Under the pieces are notes generated by a model. The model did no database searches. It was not told where the DNA came from and saw only the letters and a list, made by a program, of their open reading frames with translations. Made by a program: the position numbers and the translations under genes. Shown one piece after another: positions 22,150 through 31,843 of a DNA stretch of 64,000 bases; position 1 is the first letter of the stretch; the number at the start of each line of letters is the position of its first letter. Source of the stretch: Alphaproteobacteria bacterium (GTDB lineage: Bacteria > Pseudomonadota > Alphaproteobacteria > JBKEAR01); assembly GCA_047973205.1 (NCBI GenBank), contig JBKEBO010000073.1, positions 19,393-83,392 on the forward strand, read 5' to 3'.

Positions 22150-23103
22150 CTAGTATTTCAACTGATAGTCAATTTTGTTGGGCACTGGTTTACCTTCAAG
22201 TAATAAACGAAAACTTTGAGCAAGGTCAGCGGCAGAACGATTAGGAATGTATTTGCCAGCCACATGAGGAGTAATATGAAGCTGTGTGTTCTCCCAATAA
22301 GGATGGTTCTCAGGTAGAGGTTCTTGTTCAAATACATCTAGATAAGCTCTTGATAAATGGCCTGAGCCTAAAACATATAGCAAGTCTTCCTCAACTATAT
22401 TTTCTCCACGTCCAAGATTAACAAAACATGAGCCAACGGGCATTTTCTCAAAATGAAACTTCTTAAGTAAATGATGTGTCTCGTTAGTTAAGGGCAGTGC
22501 ATTTACAAATAAGTTGCAAGATTGAATAAGAGCAACAAGTCCATCTTCGCCTGTATAAGTGGGAATATTTTGGTTGTCTTTATGCTTATGCTTTCGCCAA
22601 CCACAAACTTCAAAAAGATTATCCTTAAGTCGTAAGGCACAAGCCATGCCTACATCACCCATCCCTAAAACACCAATACGTTTAATTTTACCAGGACGGT
22701 GAGGCGACCATCTTTTCTCTTGTTGATAACGACGATAACTATGCATATGAAGGTTGAAGAATAAAGCTCGCATTAAGGCATAATCTGAGCACATAAACCC
22801 CAACATTTGGTCTCTTACACGAATAACTGGAATATTCTCAGGCCAAACAAGATGACATTCACCATCAAATAAAATATGGTCGACCCCAGCACCAGGAGAA
22901 GCTATAGCCTTTAAATTAGGACATCTTTTGGGGTCGATACAAGTTGTGTCCATTCCTTGGATAATAAAATCCGCATCGCTATAATCAGTACGATCACTAA
23001 TCATTTCAATATCAAAAGAATGTTCAGGGAAATAATGGTGAAAAACTTGTCGCCAAATTTCAGGTTTTTCTTTTAAACTGTGAATATAAATCTTTAACTT
23101 CAT
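22150..23103 (-). CDS. ghrA: D-2-hydroxyacid dehydrogenase (glyoxylate/hydroxypyruvate reductase A-like)
   Basis: GAGVDH, GVLGMGDVG, LPLTNET, NLGRG, LDVFEQEPLP, TPHVAG. Confidence 0.8.
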   Translation of the reverse strand: MKLKIYIHSLKEKPEIWRQVFHHYFPEHSFDIEMISDRTDYSDADFIIQGMDTTCIDPKRCPNLKAIASPGAGVDHILFDGECHLVWPENIPVIRVRDQMLGFMCSDYALMRALFFNLHMHSYRRYQQEKRWSPHRPGKIKRIGVLGMGDVGMACALRLKDNLFEVCGWRKHKHKDNQNIPTYTGEDGLVALIQSCNLFVNALPLTNETHHLLKKFHFEKMPVGSCFVNLGRGENIVEEDLLYVLGSGHLSRAYLDVFEQEPLPENHPYWENTQLHITPHVAGKYIPNRSAADLAQSFRLLLEGKPVPNKIDYQLKY

Positions 23104-23119
23104 TGGCTCTCTCTTATCT

Positions 23120-23884
23120 TTATATCATATTTCTGAGCTCAGCATGGAGGCTTTTAGTGGCAGCTCCTATAAAAGAGCCATCACTTGTGAGTTCTAGTGG
23201 CTTCCCGCTAAAGTCACTCACATAACCACCAGCAGCTTCAATAACAGGCATAACAGCACAAAAATCCCACATTTTCAATTGATTTTCTATAACTAAATCA
23301 ATCTTACCTTCAGCAAGAAGGGCGAAAGCGATAGCGTCATTTCCATAAATATTGACTTTAGTTTGTTGTTCAATTTTTTGAATATTTTTTAATTGTTCAG
23401 GTAAAAACATAGATGGAGATGTATAACTTAGCCATGCATCGGATATTTTTATACAATTACGAGTCTTTATAGGGATACCATTACAGCGAGCTGGATTATC
23501 TCGCCCTCCTGTCCAGATTTTATTCATTGCAGGAGCAGAAATACAGCCCAAGATCGGCTTATCTTTATAGCATAAGGCAACCAGTGTAGCGAAGCAAGGA
23601 ATGCCCGCAGCAAAGTTTTTTGTACCATCAATGGGGTCTATCACCCAACAATAGTCACTTTTACGCTGAAGGTTTTCAAATTCTTCCCCAATAATATCAT
23701 GTTCAGGAAAACTCTCTTTAATATGTTTACGCAAGAGCTCCTCAATCATTTTATCGGCAATAGTTACAGGTGAAGCATCATCTTTATACTCAGCCTTTAC
23801 ATACTCATGAAAATATTTAAGAGCAATCTTATTGCTTTGCTGAACAAGGGCTTGCATAAAAAGGAGATAGTCTAGATTTTCCAT
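23120..23884 (-). CDS. hisN: Histidinol-phosphate phosphatase, inositol monophosphatase family
   Basis: KDDASPVTIAD, IIGEE, WVIDPIDGTKNF, FATLVAL, WDFCA. Confidence 0.8.
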   Translation of the reverse strand: MENLDYLLFMQALVQQSNKIALKYFHEYVKAEYKDDASPVTIADKMIEELLRKHIKESFPEHDIIGEEFENLQRKSDYCWVIDPIDGTKNFAAGIPCFATLVALCYKDKPILGCISAPAMNKIWTGGRDNPARCNGIPIKTRNCIKISDAWLSYTSPSMFLPEQLKNIQKIEQQTKVNIYGNDAIAFALLAEGKIDLVIENQLKMWDFCAVMPVIEAAGGYVSDFSGKPLELTSDGSFIGAATKSLHAELRNMI

Positions 23885-23968
23885 TTTTTTCTCTTTAATA
23901 CCTTAAAAAACTTTTTTTTATCTAATAATTTATGTACAGTTTAAGCAAATAAAGGAGAATAAACAACA

Positions 23969-24697
23969 ATGAATCCAATTATTATTATTCCCACACGTTT
24001 AGCCTCAATGCGTCTTCCTAATAAACCTTTGGCTGATATCGCAGGAAAACCCATGATTATGCATGTGGTGGAACAGTCTCAAAAAGCAAATATTGGTCCT
24101 GTTATTGTGGCCTGTGATGGTGTTGAGATTAAAGAGGTTGTCGAGTCTCATGGAGCAAAGGCTATAATTACCGATGCTAATTTACCCTCAGGAACAGATA
24201 GAATATTTGCGGCTCTTAGCCAACTTGAAGATGGTGAGCAATATGATGCTATTATTAATGTACAAGGAGATTTACCATTAGTTAAACCAGAGCTTATTTG
24301 TCTTATGGTAAAAGCCTTAGAAAGTAGTGGAGCAGAAATAGCGACACCTGTGGCAGAAATTCATAGCCAAGAAGAAGTTCACTCCGATGCGGTTGTTAAA
24401 GTTGCGGTAAGCATAAATGAACAAAAAATGGGAAGAGCCTTATATTTCTCCAGAGCAACTATTCCTTGGGGCGATGGTGTGTTATATCATCATATTGGTC
24501 TTTATGCTTATAAAAGAGATGCTTTAGAAAAGTTTGTATCTCTTAAGCCTTCACCTTTGGAACAAAGAGAAAAGTTAGAGCAGCTTCGAGCCTTAGAAAA
24601 TGGTATGACAATTACAGCAGTTTTAGCTAATGAAGCTCCCTTAGGTGTAGATAGAGTAGAAGATTTAGAGCATGTAAAAAGAATAATTGAGGGTTAG
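23969..24697 (+). CDS. kdsB: 3-deoxy-manno-octulosonate cytidylyltransferase
   Basis: IPTRLASMRLPNKPL, SGTDR, INVQGD, ALYFSR, HHIGLY, EKLEQLRALE. Confidence 0.96.
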   Translation: MNPIIIIPTRLASMRLPNKPLADIAGKPMIMHVVEQSQKANIGPVIVACDGVEIKEVVESHGAKAIITDANLPSGTDRIFAALSQLEDGEQYDAIINVQGDLPLVKPELICLMVKALESSGAEIATPVAEIHSQEEVHSDAVVKVAVSINEQKMGRALYFSRATIPWGDGVLYHHIGLYAYKRDALEKFVSLKPSPLEQREKLEQLRALENGMTITAVLANEAPLGVDRVEDLEHVKRIIEG

Positions 24698-25570
24698 ATG
24701 GATATTTTAAAACAATATGTCAAAAAGCAAGGGTTTAAAAAAATTGCCTTTCAGGGAAGCGAGGGGGCATGGTCGCATCAAGCGTGTAACGAGTGTTTGC
24801 CCAGCCTCGAAGCCATTGCTTGTGATGATTTTGAATCAGCATTAAATGCGGTAGAAACGGGCATAGCCGATTTAGGCATGATACCCATTGATAACTCCTT
24901 AGCAGGGCGGGTCGCCGATGTTCATGCCTTATTGCCAAAAACGAGCCTGCATATTGTTGGGGAACATTACTTACCTATTGCTCACCATCTTTTAGGTGTT
25001 AACGGGGCAAGCATTGAAGACTTAAAAGAAGTTCATAGCCATGTTCATGCTTTAAGTCAATGCCGTAATATTTTGCGTCAGCATAAAATAAAGCCTGTTA
25101 TTGGTGTTGATACAGCAGGTTGTGCTAAAGAAATTGCTAAAAAAAATAATAAATCCATTGGTGTTATCGCTTCAAAAATGGCAGCAGATATCTACGGGAT
25201 GCAATCTTTAAAGGAGGATATAGCTGATGGTGATGTTAATGTTACTCGCTTTGCAATTTTAGCACGCAAGCAGCTTCCCCTTGTATCTCTAAACGAGGCA
25301 AAAACAATTACAAGTTTTGTCTTTAAGGCACGTAATATACCATCTTCGCTTTATAAGGCTTTAGGTGGATTTGCCACCAATGGGGTGAACTTAACACGTA
25401 TTGAATCCTACCTTCATATGTCCCCAACTGTCGAATTTTGGATTGATGCTTACGGGCATCCCAATCAAGTAGGCTTTGATAATGCTTTAGAAGAGCTAGA
25501 TTACTTTTCTCTTGATGTACGTATTTTTGGAAGCTATGAGCGTTCACCTTTAAGAGAAAAGCAGCGTTAA
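24698..25570 (+). CDS. pheA: Prephenate dehydratase
   Basis: IAFQGSEGAWS, IDNSLAG, SHVHALSQC, DTAG, NVTRF, C-terminal ACT domain. Confidence 0.93.
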   Translation: MDILKQYVKKQGFKKIAFQGSEGAWSHQACNECLPSLEAIACDDFESALNAVETGIADLGMIPIDNSLAGRVADVHALLPKTSLHIVGEHYLPIAHHLLGVNGASIEDLKEVHSHVHALSQCRNILRQHKIKPVIGVDTAGCAKEIAKKNNKSIGVIASKMAADIYGMQSLKEDIADGDVNVTRFAILARKQLPLVSLNEAKTITSFVFKARNIPSSLYKALGGFATNGVNLTRIESYLHMSPTVEFWIDAYGHPNQVGFDNALEELDYFSLDVRIFGSYERSPLREKQR

Positions 25571-25574
25571 TCAT

Positions 25575-26189
25575 ATGAAAATATTAATGAATGATAATAT
25601 ACGTGCAGATCTATTAGGCTTAATTCATAAGGAGCAAGAACAACTTCAATCAGGGACTATTACCCAGCATCATCTTATGGATAATTTTCATAATTTGTTT
25701 CAAACTTTAACGAATGAGAATGTGGACTTACAAGCCTATTTTGCAGATACATCATCCTTTGAGCAAGCCTTTAATAATTTAGAAGAACCATGGCGGTTTG
25801 CCATTGCCTCTTATATTTTTTTAGGGCAAGTGTCCCATGGAGGTTTTGGGCAATTTTTGTTGAATACTGCAGGTTTTGCTCCTGTGGTTGCTGCTTTTGT
25901 TGATTGTTATGGTTCACCAAGCTCACTTGAACATTTTGATGAGGCCTATAATCGTCTCTATACGGAGGATTTTCTAAAGGGCTTACAAAAAATGCAAGGT
26001 GAGATTGCTCAATTAGATTTATCAACTGAAACTCAACAACAACAGGCTCAACAGATTGCCCAACAACATATAGGGCTTTTAGATAGCCATCATTTTGATA
26101 ACTGGTTTAATAGGCAAAAAGGGGTAGCTGAATTTATTTTAGCAATGATTAGACTAATTGAAGATAATGAAACTGTATTTTTTATATAA
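25575..26189 (+). CDS. DUF4375/DMP19-like acidic protein
   Basis: GQVSHGGFGQFLLNTAG resembles the family motif (E/Q)VxNGGFxQ(Y/F)FxNSxG; about 26 D/E vs about 10 K/R by hand count. Confidence 0.65.
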   Translation: MKILMNDNIRADLLGLIHKEQEQLQSGTITQHHLMDNFHNLFQTLTNENVDLQAYFADTSSFEQAFNNLEEPWRFAIASYIFLGQVSHGGFGQFLLNTAGFAPVVAAFVDCYGSPSSLEHFDEAYNRLYTEDFLKGLQKMQGEIAQLDLSTETQQQQAQQIAQQHIGLLDSHHFDNWFNRQKGVAEFILAMIRLIEDNETVFFI

Positions 26190-26291
26190 ATTACAATAAT
26201 TGATATAATATGTATCAAAAATAATTGATAATTCCTGTTTATTTATGATATTCTTTTTAGTGATAAAACAAATAGAAACAGGGAAACAGTT

Positions 26292-27788
26292 ATGACATAT
26301 CAAAAACCAAATGTAAAAAATAAATATGATAATTTTATTAATGGGCAATGGGCTGCACCAGTTGGTGGGGAATATTTTAAGAATAATTCACCTATTGATA
26401 ATAGTTTTATTGCCGATATTGCACGCTCAAACAAAGAGGATGTGGATAATGCAGTCAAGGCGGCATGGAAAGCAGCTGAAACATTCAATAAAACTTCGGC
26501 AACAGAGCGTAGCTTAATGCTCAATAAAATTGCCGATGTTATTGAAGAGAATTTAGAGTATCTAGCCACAGTTGAAACCTTAGATAATGGAAAAGCTATT
26601 AGGGAAACACTCAATGCAGATATCCCTTTGGCTGTTGATCATTTTAGATATTTTGCCAGTGTTATCCGTGCTGAAACAGGTGAGGCGACGGATATTGACT
26701 CAACAACAGTGAGCTTGCAAATTTTAGAGCCTTTGGGGGTTGTTGGACAGATTATTCCATGGAATTTCCCCTTTTTAATGGCTGCATGGAAGCTTGCTCC
26801 AGCATTAGCAGCAGGCAATTGTGTTATCTTAAAGCCTGCAGAACAAACGCCCATATCTATTTCAGTATTGATGGATTTAATCGGTGATATATTACCACCT
26901 GGTGTACTCAACGTTGTTCATGGTTTTGGTCCCGAAGCAGGTAAGCCTTTGGCAACTCATCCAGATGTTAAAAAAATTGCATTTACAGGAGAAACCACAA
27001 CAGGTCGATTAATTATGCAATATGCATCTCAAAACCTTATTCCAGTTACACTAGAATTGGGTGGTAAATCACCTAATATCTTCTTTGATTCGGTGATGCA
27101 AGAAGATGATAATTTTTTAGATAAGGCCATTGAGGGTTTTGTTCTTTTTGCTCTTAACCAAGGAGAAGTTTGTACATGTCCATCACGGGCTCTTATTCAG
27201 GAAAATATCTATGATGAATTTATCGAGCGAGCCTTAAAACGTGTCGAAGCCATTAAAATGGGTAATGTTTTTGACCCTGAAACAATGATGGGAGCTCAAG
27301 CCTCTAATGACCAATACGAAAAAATTCAGCAATATCTCAAAATTGGTAAGGAAGAAGGAGCTGAGGTACTTATTGGTGGTGATATTTATAATAATCCAGC
27401 CCATCCTGATGGTTATTTTATTCAGCCAACTGTATTTAAAGGTCATAATAAAATGCGTGTTTTTCAAGAGGAAATTTTTGGTCCCGTTGTGGCAGTTACC
27501 ACCTTTAAGGATGAAGATGAAGCTTTGGAGATTGCCAACGATACCCTTTATGGACTTGGGGCAGGTGTATGGACAAGAGATGTATACCAAATGCAAAAGC
27601 TTAGCCGTGGTATTCAAGCAGGAAGAATATGGTGTAATTGTTATCACCTCTATCCATCAGGTGCATCTTTTGGTGGCTATAAACAATCTGGCATAGGACG
27701 AGAAACCCATAAGATGATGCTTAATCATTATCGTCAAAATAAGAACATTCTAATGTCTTATAGTAAAGATCCATTGGGATTCTTTTAA
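26292..27788 (+). CDS. aldB: Aldehyde dehydrogenase (AldB/ExaC type)
   Basis: [51 protein letters not shown]-terminal LGFF. Confidence 0.9.
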   Translation: MTYQKPNVKNKYDNFINGQWAAPVGGEYFKNNSPIDNSFIADIARSNKEDVDNAVKAAWKAAETFNKTSATERSLMLNKIADVIEENLEYLATVETLDNGKAIRETLNADIPLAVDHFRYFASVIRAETGEATDIDSTTVSLQILEPLGVVGQIIPWNFPFLMAAWKLAPALAAGNCVILKPAEQTPISISVLMDLIGDILPPGVLNVVHGFGPEAGKPLATHPDVKKIAFTGETTTGRLIMQYASQNLIPVTLELGGKSPNIFFDSVMQEDDNFLDKAIEGFVLFALNQGEVCTCPSRALIQENIYDEFIERALKRVEAIKMGNVFDPETMMGAQASNDQYEKIQQYLKIGKEEGAEVLIGGDIYNNPAHPDGYFIQPTVFKGHNKMRVFQEEIFGPVVAVTTFKDEDEALEIANDTLYGLGAGVWTRDVYQMQKLSRGIQAGRIWCNCYHLYPSGASFGGYKQSGIGRETHKMMLNHYRQNKNILMSYSKDPLGFF

Positions 27789-27789
27789 G

Positions 27790-28176
27790 ATGATAAATAA
27801 AAAAGATAGCATTCCTCGTGTTTCTATAAGCGAGAATGCTATTGATATATTAAAGAAAGTAAAAGAAGAACATGGCTTAGTTATGTTTCATATAAGCGGG
27901 GGTTGCTGCGATGGTAGTAGCCCCATGTGTCTTTCTGAAGGAGAACTCTTTGTAGGTGAGCAAGACCTCTATTTAGGCTTAGTTGAAGATTGTGGGGTTT
28001 ACATTGCGAAAACAACCTTTCGCTATTATGAAAACATGTATATTCATATAGATGCTGTAGAGGGTAGAGGAGCGAGCTTCTCTTTAGAAATTCCCTTGGG
28101 TTACCGCTTTATTTTGGCTTCATCTTTGATTGACGATACTGACCTAGATAAAGTACAAAAGCCAATGAATTGCTGA
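27790..28176 (+). CDS. DUF779 family protein
   Basis: FHISGGCCDGSSPMC and GRGASFSLE; the usual partner downstream of aldB-type genes. Confidence 0.92.
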   Translation: MINKKDSIPRVSISENAIDILKKVKEEHGLVMFHISGGCCDGSSPMCLSEGELFVGEQDLYLGLVEDCGVYIAKTTFRYYENMYIHIDAVEGRGASFSLEIPLGYRFILASSLIDDTDLDKVQKPMNC

Positions 28177-28204
28177 GCTTGTCTTCGGCATTTAGACAAG
28201 CTCA
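28174..28204. terminator. Hairpin between convergent genes (REP-like; possible bidirectional terminator)
   Basis: Perfect 11-bp stem tgagcttgtct / agacaagctca with 9-nt loop; no U tract. Confidence 0.55.
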
Positions 28205-28220
28205 ATGATCGTAGGACTTA

Positions 28221-29621
28221 TTAAATATTTTGTCCACCAACAGTCATATTATCAATTCGCAATGTGGGTTGGCCAACACCAACAGGAACAGACTGCCCCG
28301 CTTTGCCGCATGTACCTACACCGCGGTCTAAGCAACTATCATTGCCTATCATAGATATATGCTTAAGGCTTTTAGAACCTAAACCAACAAGGCTTGCTCC
28401 TTTAAGAGGAGCAGTTTTTTTACCTTTTTCAACAAGCCAAGCTTGAGTACAAGAAAATACAAATTGTCCTGAGGTGATATCTACTTGGCCACCACCAAAG
28501 CTTTCTGCATAAATTCCCTTATCGAGGGAGGCAATAATCTCCTCAGGACTATAATCACCATTTTCCATAAAAGTATTCGTCATTCGAACCATAGGGGCAT
28601 ATTGATAACTCTCTCTACGACCATTTCCTGTAGGTTCAACACCCATAAGGCGAGCATTTTGACGATCCTGCATATAGCCCTTTAAGACACCATCCTCAAT
28701 AAGCATATTTCTTTGGGTTGGTGTACCTTCATCATCCATATTAAGGGAGCCTCTTAAGTGAGGAATATCACCTTGGTCAACTACATTAACACCTTTTGAG
28801 GCTACTCTCTGAGCCAGTAATTTAGAGAATACAGATGAGCCTTTACGATTAAAATCTCCCTCTAAACCATGACCAACTGCCTCATGGAGTAATACACCTG
28901 GCCAACCATTTCCTAAAACAACCGACATTTCTCCTGCAGGAGCTGGTATGGCCTCTAAATTGATACTTGCCATAAGTAAGGCTCTGTTTGCAGCAGCTTG
29001 CCATGTCTCTTCGGTTAAGAGTGTAGTAAAATCACTGCGGCCGCCAAAACTATCTGAGCCTCGCTCACGGCGGTCACCTTGCTTTAAAATGACAGAGATA
29101 TTAAAGCGGAGTAGGGGGCGTTCATCATCAATCCAACCACTTTGAGGGCGATAAATACCTACAGACTGATGTTGAGAAATAAGTCCTATTTCCACATGTT
29201 CTATGCGGTTATCACAACTTCGTAAATAAGTATCAACTTTTTGGATAAGTTCCATCTGTTCTTTTAGTTCAATATGTTCTAAAGGCTTTTTTTGAGTATA
29301 AAGATTGTGTTTGGCAAAAATATTTTGCGAAAAAGAATGAGAGGTTGCCTTAAGGCTACTAACAACACCAATAGCTTTTTGTAAACTCTCTTTATTGAGC
29401 ATAGGAGCATGGGCATAACCTACAGTTTCACCACTGACACTTCTTAAGCCAAAACCTGACTGGGCTGAAGAAGAAGCTGTTTTAAACTTATCATTTTCCC
29501 ATAAGAGGGCAGAGAATTGACTATCTTCCAGATAAAGCTCACCATCATCATAAGGGTGTAAACATTCATCAATCGCAGCCTGTGTCCATTGGTAATTTTG
29601 CGAAAAATTTGTCATAGCCAA
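28221..29621 (-). CDS. tldD: Metalloprotease TldD
   Basis: GWPGVLLHEAVGHGLEGDFNRKG, RMTNT, GGGQVDITSG, GTCGKAGQSVPVGVGQPT. TTG start with SD aggaga. Confidence 0.96.
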   Translation of the reverse strand: MAMTNFSQNYQWTQAAIDECLHPYDDGELYLEDSQFSALLWENDKFKTASSSAQSGFGLRSVSGETVGYAHAPMLNKESLQKAIGVVSSLKATSHSFSQNIFAKHNLYTQKKPLEHIELKEQMELIQKVDTYLRSCDNRIEHVEIGLISQHQSVGIYRPQSGWIDDERPLLRFNISVILKQGDRRERGSDSFGGRSDFTTLLTEETWQAAANRALLMASINLEAIPAPAGEMSVVLGNGWPGVLLHEAVGHGLEGDFNRKGSSVFSKLLAQRVASKGVNVVDQGDIPHLRGSLNMDDEGTPTQRNMLIEDGVLKGYMQDRQNARLMGVEPTGNGRRESYQYAPMVRMTNTFMENGDYSPEEIIASLDKGIYAESFGGGQVDITSGQFVFSCTQAWLVEKGKKTAPLKGASLVGLGSKSLKHISMIGNDSCLDRGVGTCGKAGQSVPVGVGQPTLRIDNMTVGGQNI

Positions 29622-29749
29622 GTTAAAATCTCCTAATTTCTCTATAAAAACTTGATTGCAAAAGCAATTCAGCTTAACTTAAATATAATATTTAAAGATT
29701 ATATATAAGCATTTGGAGACGAAAACTGCAAATATCTTCCGAAAAATTA

Positions 29750-31069
29750 TTGCAAAAATTAGAGGACATAGTCCAAAAGGCCAAAAAGAAAGGGGCTGAT
29801 GCAGCTGATGCAGTCTGTATTTCAGCTAGTCTTGAGGATATTGGTGTTCGCAATCGGGCTTTAGAGAATATAGATTATGCCGAAAGTCATGACCTAGGCT
29901 TAAGGGTGATTCTTAATGGACGGCAAGCAAATGTTTCTTTTAGTGATAACGATTCTATCTGTCTAGATGATATTGTTGATGAGTTAATGACTAAGGTAAA
30001 AATATTGCCTCAAGACCCTTATGCCATTATTGCCCCTAATCATAAAAAAATAATATCTGAGCTAAACTTATTTGATACAACAATACAAACATCTGAAAAA
30101 CTTTTAGAAGATGCATTGGAGTTAGAGGATGTTGCTCTTTCTCATAAAGGAATAACACAAAGCCTAGGTGCATCTGTAAGTCAAGTTCAAAAAAGCTTCA
30201 CTCTTGTGAATAGTTTTGGTTTTTCGGGAAGTTACAAGCGTTCATCTTTTGCAAAGTCAGTCTCGGTATTGGCAGGTGAGGGTGAAAATATGGTGCGTGA
30301 TTATGCTTATAGTCAAGCAGTCTTTTTACAGGATTTAAAATCAAGCCAAGCCATTGGTGATGAGGCAGCAAGTTTGACCTTACAAAAGCTTAATCCAACA
30401 ACACCTAAAACAGCCAAGCTACCTATTGTTTTTGCCCCCCGTATGGCTCGTAGGTTACTTGGTATTATTGCCTCTGCAATTAACGGAGGAGTGATTGTTA
30501 AAAAATCAAGCTTTTTATTGGAGCAAATAAATCAGCAAATACTCCCCGAAGAATTAAGCCTTATTGACTGCCCTCTCTTAGAAAAAGGTTTAGCTTCTCG
30601 TCCCTTTGATGGCGAGGGGAAAGAAAGCCAAATTAACAAGCTTATCGATAATGGTATACTTAAAACATGGCTGCTAGATGAACGTTCAGCTTTTGAACTT
30701 GGCTTAAAGTCAACAGCTTCGGCTCAGCGTGGTGTATCTTCGCCACATGCAGGTTGTACTAATCTTATTTTAGAAGGACAAATGCAGCCAACAGCTGAGC
30801 TTATGAAGCAAAATGCCTCAGGAATTTATATTACAGAAATGATGGGTAATGGTATTAATATGCTCAATGGTGATATATCTCAAGGAGCTTCTGGCTTTAT
30901 TATTGATAAGGATGGGAGATTAGGTGAGCCTATATCCAACTTTACTATTGCGGGTAAATTGCCTGATATGTTAAAAGCATTACAAGCTGGTGATGATGCT
31001 GATACGAGCTATACAATTGTAACTCCGACTCTATCGGTTAGTGAGCTGATTGTTGCAGGACAAAATTAA
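29750..31069 (+). CDS. pmbA: TldE/PmbA protein
   Basis: GADAAD, LGLRV, MVRDY, SRPFDGEG, NGDISQGASGF, FTIAG; lacks HExxH, as expected. Confidence 0.92.
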   Translation: MQKLEDIVQKAKKKGADAADAVCISASLEDIGVRNRALENIDYAESHDLGLRVILNGRQANVSFSDNDSICLDDIVDELMTKVKILPQDPYAIIAPNHKKIISELNLFDTTIQTSEKLLEDALELEDVALSHKGITQSLGASVSQVQKSFTLVNSFGFSGSYKRSSFAKSVSVLAGEGENMVRDYAYSQAVFLQDLKSSQAIGDEAASLTLQKLNPTTPKTAKLPIVFAPRMARRLLGIIASAINGGVIVKKSSFLLEQINQQILPEELSLIDCPLLEKGLASRPFDGEGKESQINKLIDNGILKTWLLDERSAFELGLKSTASAQRGVSSPHAGCTNLILEGQMQPTAELMKQNASGIYITEMMGNGINMLNGDISQGASGFIIDKDGRLGEPISNFTIAGKLPDMLKALQAGDDADTSYTIVTPTLSVSELIVAGQN

Positions 31070-31084
31070 TAAGGGTGCAAATAT

Positions 31085-31843
31085 TTGTTTAAAAAGAAAC
31101 ATTATGGAGAATATGAGCGAAATGAAAGGCGAAAAAAGATTTATACCTTTTTAAAAAAGCCTTTTGTGCAACAGCTTATTGTGTCAACAGCTGCTCTTTA
31201 TTTGCGTTTAGTTTATATCTCATCGCGAAAAGTTATTGTTAATCCTGAACGAGCAAAGGATTTTGTTGAAGCAAAACAATATATGCTCGGTTGTTTTTGG
31301 CATGGACGCTTATGCTATGCTCCTGTTACATGGCATTTGGGCAAAAACCCAGTAGCAATGCTTATTTCTAACCATAATGATGGACAGATTATCTCCAATG
31401 TTATCGGAAAGCTCCATATTAAAACTATTGCAGGCTCTACAGGTAAAGAGGGAATTCAAGCCCTAAAAAAGACTGTTGAGACCTTACAAAAAGAACACTC
31501 CGTTTGCTTTACACCTGATGGTCCAAAAGGCCCAGCATTCAAGGTGAGTGAGGGTGTTTTAGCTGCTGCACGGCTTTCGGGGGTTCCTATTATTTCTGTA
31601 GGATTATCATCTACTCTTGTTAAGAGGGTTAATAGTTGGGATTGTTTTTTTATTCCTTTTCCTTTTGGTAAAATGGCTATTGTTTGGGGTGAGCCTATTT
31701 ATGTACCCAAAGATGCTAAAGGAGATGACTTAGCTATCTATCGGCAAAAATTAGAAGATGAGCTTAATCGAATTACCCGAAAAGCAGATGAAATTTGCAG
31801 ACAAAAATCTCCTATACCTACACTTAAGGAAGAAGCAATATGA
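31085..31843 (+). CDS. DUF374 lysophospholipid acyltransferase-family protein (LpxJ-like)
   Basis: FWHGR, LISNHNDG, GST, TPDGPKGP, SWD..IPFPF; directly upstream of waaA. Confidence 0.88.
   Translation: MFKKKHYGEYERNERRKKIYTFLKKPFVQQLIVSTAALYLRLVYISSRKVIVNPERAKDFVEAKQYMLGCFWHGRLCYAPVTWHLGKNPVAMLISNHNDGQIISNVIGKLHIKTIAGSTGKEGIQALKKTVETLQKEHSVCFTPDGPKGPAFKVSEGVLAAARLSGVPIISVGLSSTLVKRVNSWDCFFIPFPFGKMAIVWGEPIYVPKDAKGDDLAIYRQKLEDELNRITRKADEICRQKSPIPTLKEEAI

Noticed and set aside
26200-26218. FNR box upstream of aldB
   Set aside because: Spacer is 9 bp rather than 4 bp between TTGAT and ATCAA; kept only as an unassigned dyad.
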